Assembly (NCBI GenBank): GCA_002633005.1
Contig: NMRA01000480.1
Coordinates: 124,001-188,000, forward strand
DNA: 64,000 nt
Reading direction: 5' to 3'
Source: Phoronis australis
Taxonomy: Eukaryota; Animalia; Phoronida
Shown here: in pieces, positions 39,501 to 54,500 of the stretch
Position numbering within the stretch: position 1 is the first letter of the stretch
Layout of the letters: every line of letters starts with the position of its first letter
Notes under the pieces: generated by a model
The model's input: the letters and a program-made list of their open reading frames with translations, nothing else
What the model was told of the DNA's origin: nothing
Database searches by the model: none
Made by a program: the position numbers and the translations under genes

Positions 39501-42500
39501 TCAACAAAGTCATCCATAAAAAGACTAAAAAGAGTCAGAGATTGCGTATCACCCTTCTGTACACCAAAACTTATAGGGAACCAATCAGTGGAACAATTTC
39601 TAGAAATCAGAACATGAGCTACAGGATCGGAATAAATAGCTTTTATAGCCTAATACTTATGACCATCAATAGTATTCAGCAGTAGTGTATGAAATAATAA
39701 ATCCATATCTACATGGTCAAATGCCTTCTTCATATCAACAAATGTTAGAAATGTGGGAAGGTTATCCTGTTTTGGATTACAGACACCAATGAAAAACATG
39801 GTCGATCCATGATCTACCTTTTCGAAAACCATTATACTCCTCAACAAGCAGGCTATACTTCTCAACATTAGACGATATCCTGGCATTCAGAATACCACTA
39901 TAAATTTGATAAATGAAGGAAAGCAGGCTGCCAGTGAGTCTCCTACAATTTATTGGAACACGAGGGTCCTTGTCTGAACCTTTCGGAATAAGAAAAATAT
40001 TGGCTTTCAACTGAGGGGACATACTGCGAAACAAAAATAGCTTGAAATAGTTTATGTGAAGCAGCCACCATTCCTTGGCTTGTAAACTATCAATAAAAGC
40101 ACCACGGTTTTAAATCGACATGTTTCGGTGTCATTTATTCAAACATAATCATCAGAAGAGAGAATATACTAGTAAATTCTCCTTATAAAATTCATCATCA
40201 AAGGAAAATTCCGGAACTAAATCTGAGTAAGGGGATTGATACTCAGTCTTCCATTTAATACGTACGAAATTCAAATTCGTGCGAACTGAATTAGCTTCAC
40301 CATAAAGCTCGATAGGCACAATTTTATTAATTCTTGGACTAAGTCTCTTGATATGATCCCAGAATACCTGCGCATTTTCATTATTGAGATTTTCGACCTT
40401 TGCCATTAAGCTTTTGTTTTAAGCTCTCTCAGTGTTTGTCAAAAGTTTGTCAAATTGTTTTGTGCATTTTTAAACACTTTTTAAATACCTTCCTTGCTGC
40501 ACTATTCCCTTTACATGTCAAAAAGTCTTTTTCCTTCCGGCACATTAATGTCTATGATAATTGAGCATTCCAGCATGGACTATAGTTGTCTATAATCTAT
40601 GATTCCAGTAAGGCTTGTAGTACTTGAATTTTTTGCATGAATGTTGACCTTATACGGGAGATGAGCGTCCATTTATGCCCATCCCGTGGATCTCGCAACC
40701 TTGCGAAATCCGTATGCCATCATTTGGCATTGGGTGCTTAGGATCATTGTGAAGACTTGAGTATGTTCACAAAGGCTCTATTATGTTGTATTGTTGATTT
40801 GCTGTCATTTTCCTCTCAGTTTGTCGGCGTTGAGGGCTTCGTCACCGCTGTCACAGACATGTTTCCTCGCCTCTTCTCTCGCAAGTGGGCCCGTGAAGTG
40901 TTCACTGGCATTGTTTGCTTCATTTCCTTCCTCGTTGGTCTCACCATGGTAACGGAGGTAAGTTGCTTAGGAGCAGACGTACTGTAATGCTAAGATTATG
41001 GGTGAGATCTCTTGTTGTGAAAAATTGGCAAAATTTCAAAGCAAAGCCAATTTTCTGATTGGCAGAGGATAAGTGGTGTACTCAGAGTGGCCAATTAAGT
41101 GGTGTACTCAGAGTGGCCAAATAAGTGGTGTACTCAGAGTGGCCAAGTAAGTGGTGTACTCAGAGTGGCCAAGTAAGTGGTGTACTCAGAGTGGCCAAAT
41201 AAGTGGTGTACTCAGAGTGGCCAAATAAGTGGTGTACTCAGAGTGGCCAAGTAAGTGGTGTACTCAGAGTGGCCAAGTAAGTGGTGTACTCAGAGTGGCC
41301 AAATAAGTGGTGTACTCAGAGTGGCCAAGTAAGTGGTGTACTCAGAGTGGCCAAGTAAGTGGTGTACTCAGAGTGGCCAAATAAGTGGTGTACTCAGAGT
41401 GGCCAAGTAAGTGGTGTACTCAGAGTGGCCAAATAAGTGGTGTACTCAGAGTGGCCAAATAAGTGGTGTACTCAGAGTGGCCAAATAAGTGGTGTACTCA
41501 GAGTGGCCAAATAAGTGGTGTACTCAGAGTGGCCAAATAAGTGGTGTACTGAGAGTGGTCAAATAAGTGGTGTACTTAGAGTGGCCAGATAAGTAGTGTA
41601 CTGAGAGTGGCCTTTTCTTGTCTCTTGCTGCTTTCAATGAAGTACTTTGCGTTGTCCTTTGCAAGAGCTTGTTTCCATGTAAAAAGTCAGCAGGTTACAA
41701 CTTATTTAGAACAAACTGAACAAACAACTTAATTTACAGTTGTCAAGTGTGCGAAATAACTGAGTAGCCAAGCATCACCAACTGGTAGTGTATGAATTTA
41801 ACAAATTGAAGCCTACTTATTACCAATGTGATCTAATTAAAGGTAGTTAAGTTATTTTAAGCTGTTCCAATATAAGAGAACTTTATTCTATCATTGGTGA
41901 AACAGGATGCTGGGCCATTTCATCTGGTATAAATTGGAATAAGGGGTGAATACACAATATTCAGACCTTGTTAACTTAGTAATCAAAAGGTATTTGTTAC
42001 TATACATTATAGATCAGGTTTGCGTTGACAGTTTCCGAAGTGCAAAACTAACTGTGTGCGACATTGGGTGAGGCAAGAAATTCCCCACAAGTAACCTGAT
42101 GTGTATTAAGTGAGGGACAAACCGTCATTTTTCAAATTAATTTTTTGGTTTGCAAAATTAAGTAAAGGTACAAAATAAGTGGATAATTATTGTACCAGAG
42201 CTCCAAGCACATGGGCAGTATTGTTAACCTCCTAGCACATGGGCAGTATTGTTAACCACCAAGCACATAGGCAGTATTGTTAACCTCCTAGCACATGGGC
42301 AGTATTGTTAACCACCAAGCACATAAGCAGTATTGTTAACCTCCTAGCACATGGGCAGTATTGTTAACCACCAAGCACACGGGCAATATTGTTAACCACC
42401 TAGCACAATTAGGCAGTGTTCATTAACCTCCTAGCACATAGTATTATTAAGCACCTAGCACATAGGCAGTGTTTTTAATCACCTAGCACGTATTCAATTT

Positions 42501-45500
42501 GTTAACTTCTCAAGCAGTTGAGAGTGTGGAAACTTAATGTGAACACATCTCACTTAGACAAACATTAAAGGAGAATGCCACCCAAATCTATTTTGTATCA
42601 ATTTAGATGGAGTAGTTCTACTCGATAACGGCACGTTCGGTTGCGTTACCTGACGGCAGACGGGGGTGTTGAAATTATCCAAAGACGTCATTGGTTTCAC
42701 ACGCAGTCTGTTCATCAGTTCACAACACGGGTTACTGGTGTCAGGTTATCGCTTGAATTCATCGTTTAACACCAATAAATCATCAAACTTCGATGTAAAA
42801 CCCTTAAAAATATATTGAGTTCTTATAAAAATGTTGTTTTATTTCGCTGTTACGAATTTATTGGCATTTGGACACACCGTAGCCTACAAAGTTCGACAGG
42901 CCAATTTACCAAGGGTCTGTTCGGAGATAAATTCGAAGTATACTTCCGTGAAATACAGGCAGGAGAACTTAGATCTGTGTTGTTTATACTTGTGATTTTT
43001 TGAATTCTTAACACACAAACGGCTTGTTATCCCGGCCAGTGGCTCGGAACCCAATCAGGCCTGTCGCAGCCGCCGGGACTGGCACGAACATAAACCAGCT
43101 TCAGTTGGAAACTAAACCTCCAGTCACGAAAAGACTATAATAGTGAGCCAAAGAAATAATGTGCACATAGGAATTATTTATGTGAATTAGCCACGAAACT
43201 GAAAATCTACTTACTTGTTGGGGGCCGCGAAGTCTGGTTCCCCTTCCACAGACCGTCAGGGCAAAGGTTGTACAGTAACAATGATTTGAATAATGTATTT
43301 GAATTTCTAAATAAAGATTCCCCTAACATGTGACCATAGCATGTAATATCGAGTAGTTGTTTCACAACAGCTTTCTGTGAGCAAACACTGAATTAGCATG
43401 CACTCACACGGCCTTGATGCCCAGTCAATTACCTTTGTTGCTGGCATCAAAAGCCGGTAACGCAGTGGTTTATTCATTGCTGGCTTCTCAATATTTGCAC
43501 TCTCGAATGCTGCAAAGGTATTACAAATTGTATCTAATGAGACAGACTTTGTTTCAGTTTCATATATGCATTGGTTAGGGTGAGAGTAATTCATTTTGAA
43601 ACAGAATGCAGAATAATAACCGGCTACATGGCAACTCGCCAGGCACCAATCCCAACTTAGTCAAGAGCTTATCCGACGAAGACTTTACGGGTCGGATCGT
43701 TAGGTTTCACAGGCTATCAGTTTGATTCGGAATACACTTATCAAAAAATACTAGAGAGGCGTCGTGAACATGCACAGGCAACGGAACGTATGGATAGTTC
43801 TTTGGTTACCCAGAATTCGTCAGAGAAATCACTGTTGGCGAAATGCTGGCCACAGACACGGTGATGTTTCACGGCCTCATACTTATCAGTGTATCTTTCA
43901 TTCTTTACTACTGCGAACCACTTCCTAAGCATTTCGGGCTCTCGAGGAAGTCAAAAAACAATATACCCGCTTTCTTCGCAGCTGCATAGTTCGGACAAGC
44001 GTGAACAATGCACCACAATAGCAGCATTCACTCTGCAGATGAACCACTGACGTTTTTCACCTTCCTCTCTGGTTAACGCGACACCTCTCGGCAAGGTGAG
44101 ATTGACCGTACAAGAGGCGATGTGGATATAGACCGATTAAGACGGTAAAAAGGCTAATTAAATCGGGTGGCATTCCCCTTTAACTATATTGCGCACAGAC
44201 GTTCAATCGTATATTTCCCGGAACTTCGGAATACAAACTGTAACATGCACATGTCTTTTGGCATGTGCTTACCAATCAGCAGGTTAATATCCCTTAAATT
44301 GCCCTAGTGAAAGATGCAAGTTATTGATTGCTCCACCTCACTATTAGCTTGGGCCCTGTATGTGTAAACTATTAGCTTCAATGGGCTAATAGCCTTGATT
44401 GCCTAATTGTGCCATAGGTTTTCCTTGATTGTGTAATCTGCACATGGGCAAATCCATATAATATTTTCTTTAGGGAGTTGTGGATTAGTCTTAAGAGAGC
44501 AATTGGATTACCAGATTGTCAACCTTTTCAAACTCTGTCCCTGGGTAGATCTGACGAGCACGATTGGGTTTTGCTCACATCTTCCTCAGTGTTTTGATAT
44601 GAATTTACCTTTTTCTAAATTTTACTAAAACGACGGCCACATAACCTAAATATTATTATAAAGTCAAACATCTAATTATACAGACTTTCTATGTTCACAA
44701 AATATATTCTTTTATTAAGTTAAATTCTATACTTCTTGTAAATATTAGACTTTGTTAAAATGCAATTTTTGTAACCAATTTCAGTTCAAACTAAGGAAAC
44801 GTATGCTGTGATGCTGCTTAGAAATAGTGAATTTGTCAGCTTAGGAAGTTGATCTTGTTACTTTGGGTTCCATGCTTTTAAATCTATATCTTAGTTATAC
44901 TTTTTGTGTACTCCAGACAAGTGTGTATTCTGTGCTCCAAAACCATGACATCTTCGGCATAGACCATGACATCGTTGGCATGAACCATGACATCGTTGGC
45001 ATAGGCCATGGCATGCGCCATGGCATCACCGGCATGCGCCATGGCATCGTCGGCGTAAGCCATGACATACTGGAGCACAAAATAACAGTCACTTATTTTC
45101 ACTTTGTTAGAAAATGTCAAAAGTAATGTTGAGTATAAGGATTAGATGGCGGGCCTAAAATGTGGTTCACAGGCATGGCTTGATGAACAGTTTCTGCAAT
45201 AATACCTGTAGTTCACAGTCGTGGCTTGATGAACAGTTTCTGCAATACTTGTGCTTCACAGTCATGGCTTGAACAGTTTCTTCAATACTTGTGGTTCACA
45301 GTCATGGCTTCATGAACAGTTTCTTCCACCACAGAGCAAGATCATTTTCTGCAATATCACGAACGTAAAATCACGCGTCAAGAAATTGTGGAAAACGCGT
45401 CAATTCGGAACGTGAAACACGATGTGCTGCAATTGAAAGTACTGGAGTCCCTTTTAATTGCATTTGAGAAGCCTGTTTTGAATGAGCAGCAAACAGGGTC

Positions 45501-48500
45501 GCGCCGCACGTTACACTTGTTGGCGTGACTTTCCTGTTACCCGCCTTCATTAGTCATTCTTTGCAGTATTTCACACCCGCCGTGTCTCACTGTGTGTGTC
45601 ATCAGCTTATACTCTGTGGTGGCATTACTGCGTCATTTTATCTTCACTTGAGAATGAAACAAGTATGTTTCGAAATACCATGTGTCTTTTAATTATGTCG
45701 CTAGGTCAGTTACTGTATCTATGTTCAGTTTAGAGAAGAGTTTTGTTCCGAAAGTATGTACGCAACGGAATAAAGACTGTGAACAATGAAAAGTGTCGTG
45801 CATTTAACAAATTCTGTATAACCGAAAACTTGCTCCCGAAGTACAGTCAAAAATAAAGATTATGAACCTTTCCGTGTGTCACAAAGTTATTGTTTCACCC
45901 ATAGATATCACAAAGTGACAATTAATTGTCCTTTATTTGCAGGTATGAGCCTTCAAAAAACTGGAAGTTTTGGCAATTATGTTTTGTGTGAAATAGTTGG
46001 AGCATTATTAGTTTTGATACATTTGTGCAGTAATTTTTTAAGATACCCCGGTAGATTGTTTCTGCAAATTTTTGCACACTATCTTTTGTCTATTTTTGCA
46101 GGGAGGCATGTATGTCTTCCAGCTGTTTGACTTCTACTCTGGCAGTCGTATTATCCTTGTCGTTGCCATGTTTGAGTGTATTGTCATCGCCTGGATCTAC
46201 GGTAAGTAGTGTTAAGTGGTATGTCAAAATTCCTGTTGAAACAGAACATTTGAAATTATTTTTGTGTGTGTAAAACTTGTCTTCAATCATCTAGGATTTC
46301 AAAATATAGTGTTTGTGACTTTAAAACAAGTATTTTGAGAAGTGTTTTCATAAAAATATATATCTAAGGCGAGCAGTTGCATTAAGTGTCCGATGGTTGG
46401 TGAACTCTGTCTGTCCTCATTGTCTATCATATTCCCATCCCTAGTAAGTACCAGCCACACCTCTAGTCATTGCCTCCAAATTGTGTGTCACTGGAGTTTA
46501 ACCATTGGAGTGTTACGTAGTCACGCTTTCCGATTAAGCTGATTTGATTACAAGTTTCCAAACTCGCCGCAATCTTCTGAAGTTTCATGGCAATTGAAGA
46601 GCATCATCTGTGACTTTTCAGGTATACGGCGATTTGACGATAACTTGGCTATGATGTATGGCTTCAGGATCCGTGTACCTGTCTTCAAGGTTTTATGGAT
46701 GTTCATCACACCCCTATTCACTATAGTATGTATTATCTTCAGTCGTTAAAACAGTTGCTTTTTGTTGCACTTCTCTGCCATCTGCTGGCAGTGATGATAG
46801 CTTAAACATTGAAATACAAGCTCTAAGGTGGATTCCTTTGTGAACACAAGAGGGAGCTGTTGCTGCAGTATCCTGTGCTATGTGGTTTGAATTAAAAGAT
46901 CACTGGCACAAGTCGATTTTGGGAGAATGTGATGGCAATTTATGGTCTAATTCTGGAGTTGTGATCAGCATAGCGAGTTCAAATGTGATTGGTAAAACAA
47001 TGATCTATGAGTTGTTAATCCTTCCAAATTACATAAACTTAAACTATTACTGTTAAAATAGTAAATGTATTGTCTGATTTTTGCTCCTAGTTTTTGTGAA
47101 ATGCACAAAATGGATATAATTTACCTGCAGAAAATTCCTGACAATTTGGTAATTTGTGTCCTACAGAGAAGGTTTGTGGGTTTTAGTTTAAAGCACTCTA
47201 AAATTTCTTCAGATTTGAACGCAATATGGCGAGCAAGTGGAATTTGTTTATAGTTAAATATTTATTTATTTCTCAACTTTAATAAGATTAAAGAACATTT
47301 TTATAAATATGTAGGCGGATTATGCCCTCATCCCTGTTCATCTGTCCTCCGCCCAGGTCTTTATCCAGGATTTCCTACTTGAGTGTCCAAAATGGATTTC
47401 CCAACTTTTCAAGCTGTTTGTGACCCTTGGTGCATGACACCATTTTTCGCGACCCCTGGTCAACTTGCCTTACTGCAGATTAGTGGGGTGGATGTACAGA
47501 AATAAAGTACTCCCTGTTCTAAATCTTATTCAATATGTACAGAGACTTTGACATATTTACAGTATTTAAAGAGACAGTTCTTGCATCAAAGTGAACAAAT
47601 ATTTTCAGAAGTCTAGCTACTCTAAACCGGTCACACTGATCTTAAGATTTGTTTTTTGCCTGAAAGTTTTATTTTTCGGTTCCACAACTGTCACATTGAT
47701 CAAGTAATTATTATTAGGATTGTCACATTAATACTTTCAAGTGGTATTGATTATGGAATGCATTTTAACTTTATTGGTCATGATAATTAAAAAATTGAGT
47801 TCTCCAAAAAACTATTCTGTTTGCAGAACCGTTCCACATGTGGAACCATTCTGCAACCGTCACATTGATTAATTATTGAGAGTGGGCACATTATACTCTC
47901 AAGTACTATTGAGAATGGAATGTAATTCATGTTTTTTGGGCCAGGAGAAAATTATAAATTTTAGTCCTGTGCTAAACTTTTCTGTTTGTGGAACCCTTCT
48001 GGAACTTTCACATTGATTTTTAAAATTAAATTATTTTGATTATTAATCCACAAAATATGCATAACATTTCGCAAGTCACAGTATTCCACAAAACTTGCGC
48101 AGTATTCTGCAAGTGCGTAATATCCCACAAAATCTGCGTAATATTCCGCAAAATCTGCATAATATTCCGCAAAATCTGCGGAATATTCCGCACTGACAGC
48201 GGCAAAAATTGAACTTCTAATTAAGAAAATGCTAATTGAGGAAATAAAAATGTAACATTGTAAACATGTTTAGGGTAAGGTATAGATTTGTTTCATACCA
48301 TTTTTTATGGCCCTAAGTGGATATTAAAAAAGTGCGCAACCCTTCCGCACACTTTGAGACTAAATAAGAAATGAGAAAAAATCGCCTTCTATATATGTTT
48401 GTGCTGTACAGCCTCAGTGACGTCACGAAAAACAGCGCTTGCAGTGGAGCTTTACAGAACTAATAAATGTCTACTTTTCAAAGTAAAAAAGAAAAATACT

Positions 48501-51500
48501 GTGCACTATTTAGGAATATGTGGATGCCAGTAACCAACCTTTATACTTTCAAAATTCATATTAAAACGCCCCGCGACGTTGTGTGATAATTGAATCGAAC
48601 CCAGAAAAGCTTTCCGGAGATTGATTGACGATCATATGGAACTGAACTTTTTTGTTTCTTTGTTGTTTGTTTCCCCCCTTCCCCCGGTTGTGAATGGTAA
48701 GTGTGTGAATGAGACAGGTAATCGTTATTATTTGGGAGTGATATCACTTGATGCATATTTTGTATTAGTTCTCTTGAGGGTAGGCATTGAGGTTCTCTAT
48801 TGTTTTGAAGATGAATAATTTAAAACTGGTATCCTTAAATGTCCGGGGATTAAATTCAGATATTAAGTGGAAACATTTATTGAATTTCATATCACATAGC
48901 AAATTCAACATTGTTTATTTACAGGAAACGTATTTTAGTCCAGAAGTTGAACATATTCTGCAAAAAGAGTGGAATGGTCTTAATTTTTCAAGCTTTGTAA
49001 CAAAACATAGTAGAGGAACCACAATATTATTTGATTCTAATATTTCACAAAACATTAGGAATATTGTGGTAAAAACGATGAAAATGGTCGCTTCAATATT
49101 GTTTCATGTAAACTTTATGAGGAAGATTTCGTTTTTGTTAATGTATATTTCCCAAATGATTTAAGAAATCAACTGATCTTCCTGTCTAGACTTGAAAGTG
49201 AATTGAGTGACCTCCAATTATGTAATGTCTTCTGTGCTGGAGATTTTAACTGCCCACTCACTGACTTGGACAAACTTGGGATAACTGACGTCCTCCGTAA
49301 GAAAAAGCTTATTGACAATATTCATAATTTCTGTGGAAATTTTAGTTTAATAGATGTATGGAGGATGAGAAATCCTGGGATAAGGAAGTACTCGTGGAGA
49401 GATAAACAATTAAAAGCTCAAAGTAGACTAGACTATTGGCTAGTTGACATTGTTATGTCTTCAAGATGTCAGTCTAATATAATTAATGATTTTATATATT
49501 CCGATCAGGTCAGTGTTAATATTGGTAATTCTCATCGAGGACCGGGTTTGTGGAAATTAAATAATAACTTACTTCTTATAAAGGAGTACGTGGATGAGAT
49601 CGGAACAATTATTTCTGATCATCACATAACGGAGAACCAAGAAGATAAAAACTTGTCTTGGGATATTTTAAAAATGAAAATTAGACAGAAGTCCATACAA
49701 ATTTCAAAACGCGTACGTGCTAGAAATAGACAACAGGAACAGTTATTAATAGATCAAATAAATAAATTAACTACACAAGTCGAAAAAGAATCAAGAAATC
49801 ACCCGTTGCAGTGTGAATTAAAGAAATGCAAATTAAACCTAGAAATTTTACAAACTCAAGTAATAAAAGGTAGTATTGTTAGAAGTAAAGCTCAGTGGGT
49901 GGAAGAAGGTGAAACAAACTCTAAATATTATTTAAATCTTGAAAAACGTAACCATGGTAAAAAAACATATTATAGAACTGGAGTCAAATGGCAGGGTTAC
50001 CCAAGATCCAAAAGAGATACAAAACATTCAACGAGCTTTTTATGAGGCTCTTTATTCTGAAAAAGACTATGAGGATATTAATTTCCCTGACATATTCACT
50101 CTTCCTAGTAATAAAGTACTGACAGATGACCAGTCCTTATTATTAGAACAAGAGATCACGGAAGATGAACTCTATGAGGCCTTAAAACAATCCCAAAATA
50201 ATAAAACACCAGGCAATAACGGTTTAGGATATGAATTTTATAAAACATTTTGGGATACTGTTAAACCGTACCTTTTGGATTGTATAAATTATAGTTTTAG
50301 AACAGGAAAATTTTCAACCTCCCAAAGGCAAAGTGTCATTACACGTATCCCCAAAAGTACAAATACAGAGGAATTAAAAAATCTGGAAAATTGGCGACCA
50401 ATTTCGTTATTAAATTGCGATTACAAATTATTTACAAAGGTTATTGCCAATCGACTAAATAAGTACATTCATAAGCTTATTCATCCAGACCAAACGGCTG
50501 TTTCAAAACGATTTATTGGTCAAAATATTAGATTAATACAGGACATAATATCGTATTATACAAATAAAAATCTCAATGGACAAATTATATTCTTAGATTT
50601 TAAGAAAGCGTATGACAGTTTAAATTGGTCCTTTCTTCAGAAAACCCTTCGGGCCTTTCAATTTGGTCCCAAATTTATTCACCGTATAAAAACAATATAT
50701 AACGATATTGTGTCTTGTGTTCAAAACAACGGATTTACATGTGGTTATTTTAATGTTAAGAGAGGTCTTCGTCAAGGGGATCCCTTAAGTAGTCAATTGT
50801 TTATACTGTGTGTGGAGCTCATGAGCCATTACATTAGAAATAACCCCTTAATCAAAGGATTGTGTATTGATGGGCATGAAGTAAAAATAGCCCAGTATGC
50901 TGATGATACAATTTTATTTATTCAGGATGAAGTTTCAGGAACAGAATGCTTTAAATTTCTTACAAGATTTGGTGACGTGTCTGGTCTTAAACTAAATAAG
51001 CGAAAATGCGAAGGAATGTTTTTAGGCCACCAGTCTGAACTTAAGAAAATGTATGATATAAATTGGCCAAAAAGAAATATTAAATGTCTGGGCGTTTACT
51101 TCGGTAAATATGAAAAAGAAAAAAATGAGCAAAATTTTGAAGAAAAAATTTCGAAACTTAGGAAAGTTCTAAATATTTGGAAAACAAGAAAATTAACAAT
51201 TAAGGGAAGAATTGTCATAACTAAAGCTTTTGCGCTACCCAAATTGATTCACGTTATATCTGTCCTTGGATTGACAAGGGATTTGTGCAAACGAATAGAT
51301 AAAATTTTAAATGATTTTATTTGGGCAGGGAAACCACCTAAAATAAAGAAAAGCGTTGCAATGGCTTCTCATGAAGATGGTGGTTTAAAATTTCCTGACA
51401 TGACCCTTATAAAGGAAGGCCTTTTAGTCAACTGGGTTAAAAGACTTCAGTCTCCTGAACGTGGAAGTTGGAAGTTTTATCCACAATATATCCTCAAGAA

Positions 51501-54500
51501 TTATGGTGGTGAACTGTTGTGGTCATGTAATTTTAAAGTAAGCAAACTATGTAGAACAGTAAATGATGTTTTTTATAGAGAGGTTTTGTCGGTGAGTGAA
51601 CAGTTGAATCATAATGCTTTCAAAGATGTACCTGTTTGTGATCAGATTATATGGCATAACAGAGAGATAACACTTAATAATAAGTCACTATATTATAAAG
51701 AGTTTGCTAAGAATGGGCTATGTTTCATCAATGACTTTCTTGATGCTGAAAATAAGCTTTTATCGTGGGAGGTGCTCAAGGCAAAATATAAATTGGTAAA
51801 TTCTCAAATTCTTAGTTTTAATTCAATATGTAATGTTTTATCTAGAAAAATTGATCAAGGTCATAAGCGATTGGTTGGCTGCAACAATAAAATTTGCTTA
51901 GATTATAATAAAATTCCAAAAGAAAAATTCAACAGTATTTTGATACAAAAGTATTGCAAAAAACCAGACAATTATGAAAAATTGTTGCAGCGTTACTCCA
52001 AACAAGATATCCGAAAAATTTATTTCTTGCCTTTTACACTTCCCCTGAACCATGCATTAAATCCTTTAAGTATATGTTGTTACATAGCAGAGTGTATACT
52101 AACTCATTGTTAATATAAGATGAAGATTGTTAATTCAGATAAATGTCCCTATTGTAATCTAGTACAGAGTACTGAACACATGTTTTTCCTTTGTGATGTA
52201 GTGCAAAGATTGTTGATTAATGTTCAGGATATTTTAACATCTTCCCTTAAGGAAGAAGTCAGAATAACCAAAAATGAAATCATGTTTTGCCATTTAGGTT
52301 CTGAATTCTCCCTGTTGATTAATTATGTTATCACTATCGCCCAATATTTTATTTATTTACGTAGCCAACAGCATTTGCATCCAGATTGGTCTGTCCTTAA
52401 AATATTCATGTCAAAACATATTAAAATTTCAATATTTAATTTTCAAAAACAAAAAGAACCGGACAATATTAATATTAAAATGTGGGAGAGCCTCAGTGCT
52501 GCCATGCAATGAATCTGTAATATCTGTAATATACTTAATTCATATATTGTTTAGTAGTATTATCATTAAATGATGAAGTGTGTGAATGAGTGTGCGAGTG
52601 TGTGAGTGAAAGTCCTTGTCCCTTTTCCTTGTTCACCCTTTCACCCTTTAAAAATTATCAATGAAGAATAAAATTATGAAAAAAAATGCTGAAACATGTA
52701 GTTCAGGACTCTTTTAAGTCAGACCAGTGTCGTGGGACCCACGGAATATTGAAAATGTGCTATGAAAATATAATTCTGGGCACCCAAAAGACTCCTGCGC
52801 AACGGTGTTTTTGCTGACTAGTTAGACTGCACAGAACTAACCACCGAGCCCGTATTTTTTCAATGGGTTATATGATCAGTTGTCCTCCGAACAAAAGGTG
52901 ACAACAAAAGTGATTAGGCCTAAGGATAAGGACTTTCCTGCCAGACAGAAACTCCAGTAAGCAGGTAGTGGATTACACTTATAGGTGGCACTGGGCCTTT
53001 GTTTAAAGTCAATTGACTATGACTTGTTCTTCCATATGAATTGAAATGATTATTTAGTGATTATTTACCATGGGAATTACACCATAAATAGACTTGTGGC
53101 CAGGCCTGCGACTTGAGTGATATCCATGATGGGCTTTCAACAACTGACCACTAAGCTTTTATTCAGTTTCAATGGGCTGTGGGCAGTTGTAATTTGAGCC
53201 AATGGAGACCCTATTAACAATGAGGACGCCCTTTTCACAAACTGGTCTCTAATTTTTTAAGCTGGTCGCGGGATTTTTAAACAGGACACGGGACATTTAA
53301 GCAGGATGCGCGTTCGGCCAAACAGGACGCTGTGACACGTTAAAAGCGGTCGTGGAGAACACTGTTTGTAAAGCACAGCTGTCACCAGATAATATTTGTA
53401 CAGCACAGCTGTCAGCAAATAACATTTGTACAGCAAAGCTGTCAGCAGATAACATTTGTACAGCACAGCTGTCAGCAGATAATATTTGTTAAAATTTCAA
53501 GCCCTTGTAGCATATTAGTGAAATCTTGTTTGAACTCTAGAAAAAGGAAAAATTAACAATTATTTTTTCTCTGAAATAGAAGTTTTATTGTTATTGAAAA
53601 ATATGGGTGATTCATAGTAGTTGACTGTTCAAAACAAAAAGTTTAGTTCGCAATGTTAAAGGTGCAATTTTTTTTCGTTTGCAACCTTTTTATGTTGATT
53701 GCCAAAAATACAATAAGACTTAAAGGCCTACTATGATGCCATTTTCATATCTAAAATACATGACTGTATTGATGAAACACATACTCCTGTTTTTAATTAA
53801 GTTGGCCTTTCACAATACCGCAGCCCCATCGTGAACCCCGTTTAGCGCCAAAAATACTTGAGATGGCGCTCTCACCAATCGAAGTTTATGACATCATCGA
53901 CATAACGTATTTGTTTTTCACGGTTGTTTCCATCTTATTGAAATCAGTGATGGCTGGCCATTTAATTTACTACAAAATACGTGGAAAATCGAGAAAAACA
54001 TGTTTAATTGTTCATTATTCGAATTGATCAAAGCTATTACCTTTAGAAGTTTGTATTCAGGTAATTAGCACACAGTCTAACACGCACCCGTAGCGGAATC
54101 CCCTGGGGTCGCTTAAACAGTCAAAAAATAAAACGCTTTGTTTAAATTGTTATCAGACAAGTTCACATTGTTTATAATAAAGTGTAGTTTGCTTTATACA
54201 AATAGTTTTTATTTTAGGAACTTTGCATTCATGTTTTTTGAAGCCGAAGGCGTGAACATTGCACAAATCCGATACGGGCCGCTGTCGAGTGTGTGTCCCA
54301 TATTGGAATCGGTGACAATTGGCTGTTTAATTTGGCTCAAAAAATGTACAAAAGTTCGACATATATTAGCTTGATCTTTTTGTACGAAGCAATAATCAAA
54401 TTCATTGAAAATTTTATATTGGAAACTTAATTTTCAAAATAATTCACCTTGAAATCCCGAAACCCGTAGTGGCTGCCATTTTGAATATAGACTCGGGTCT

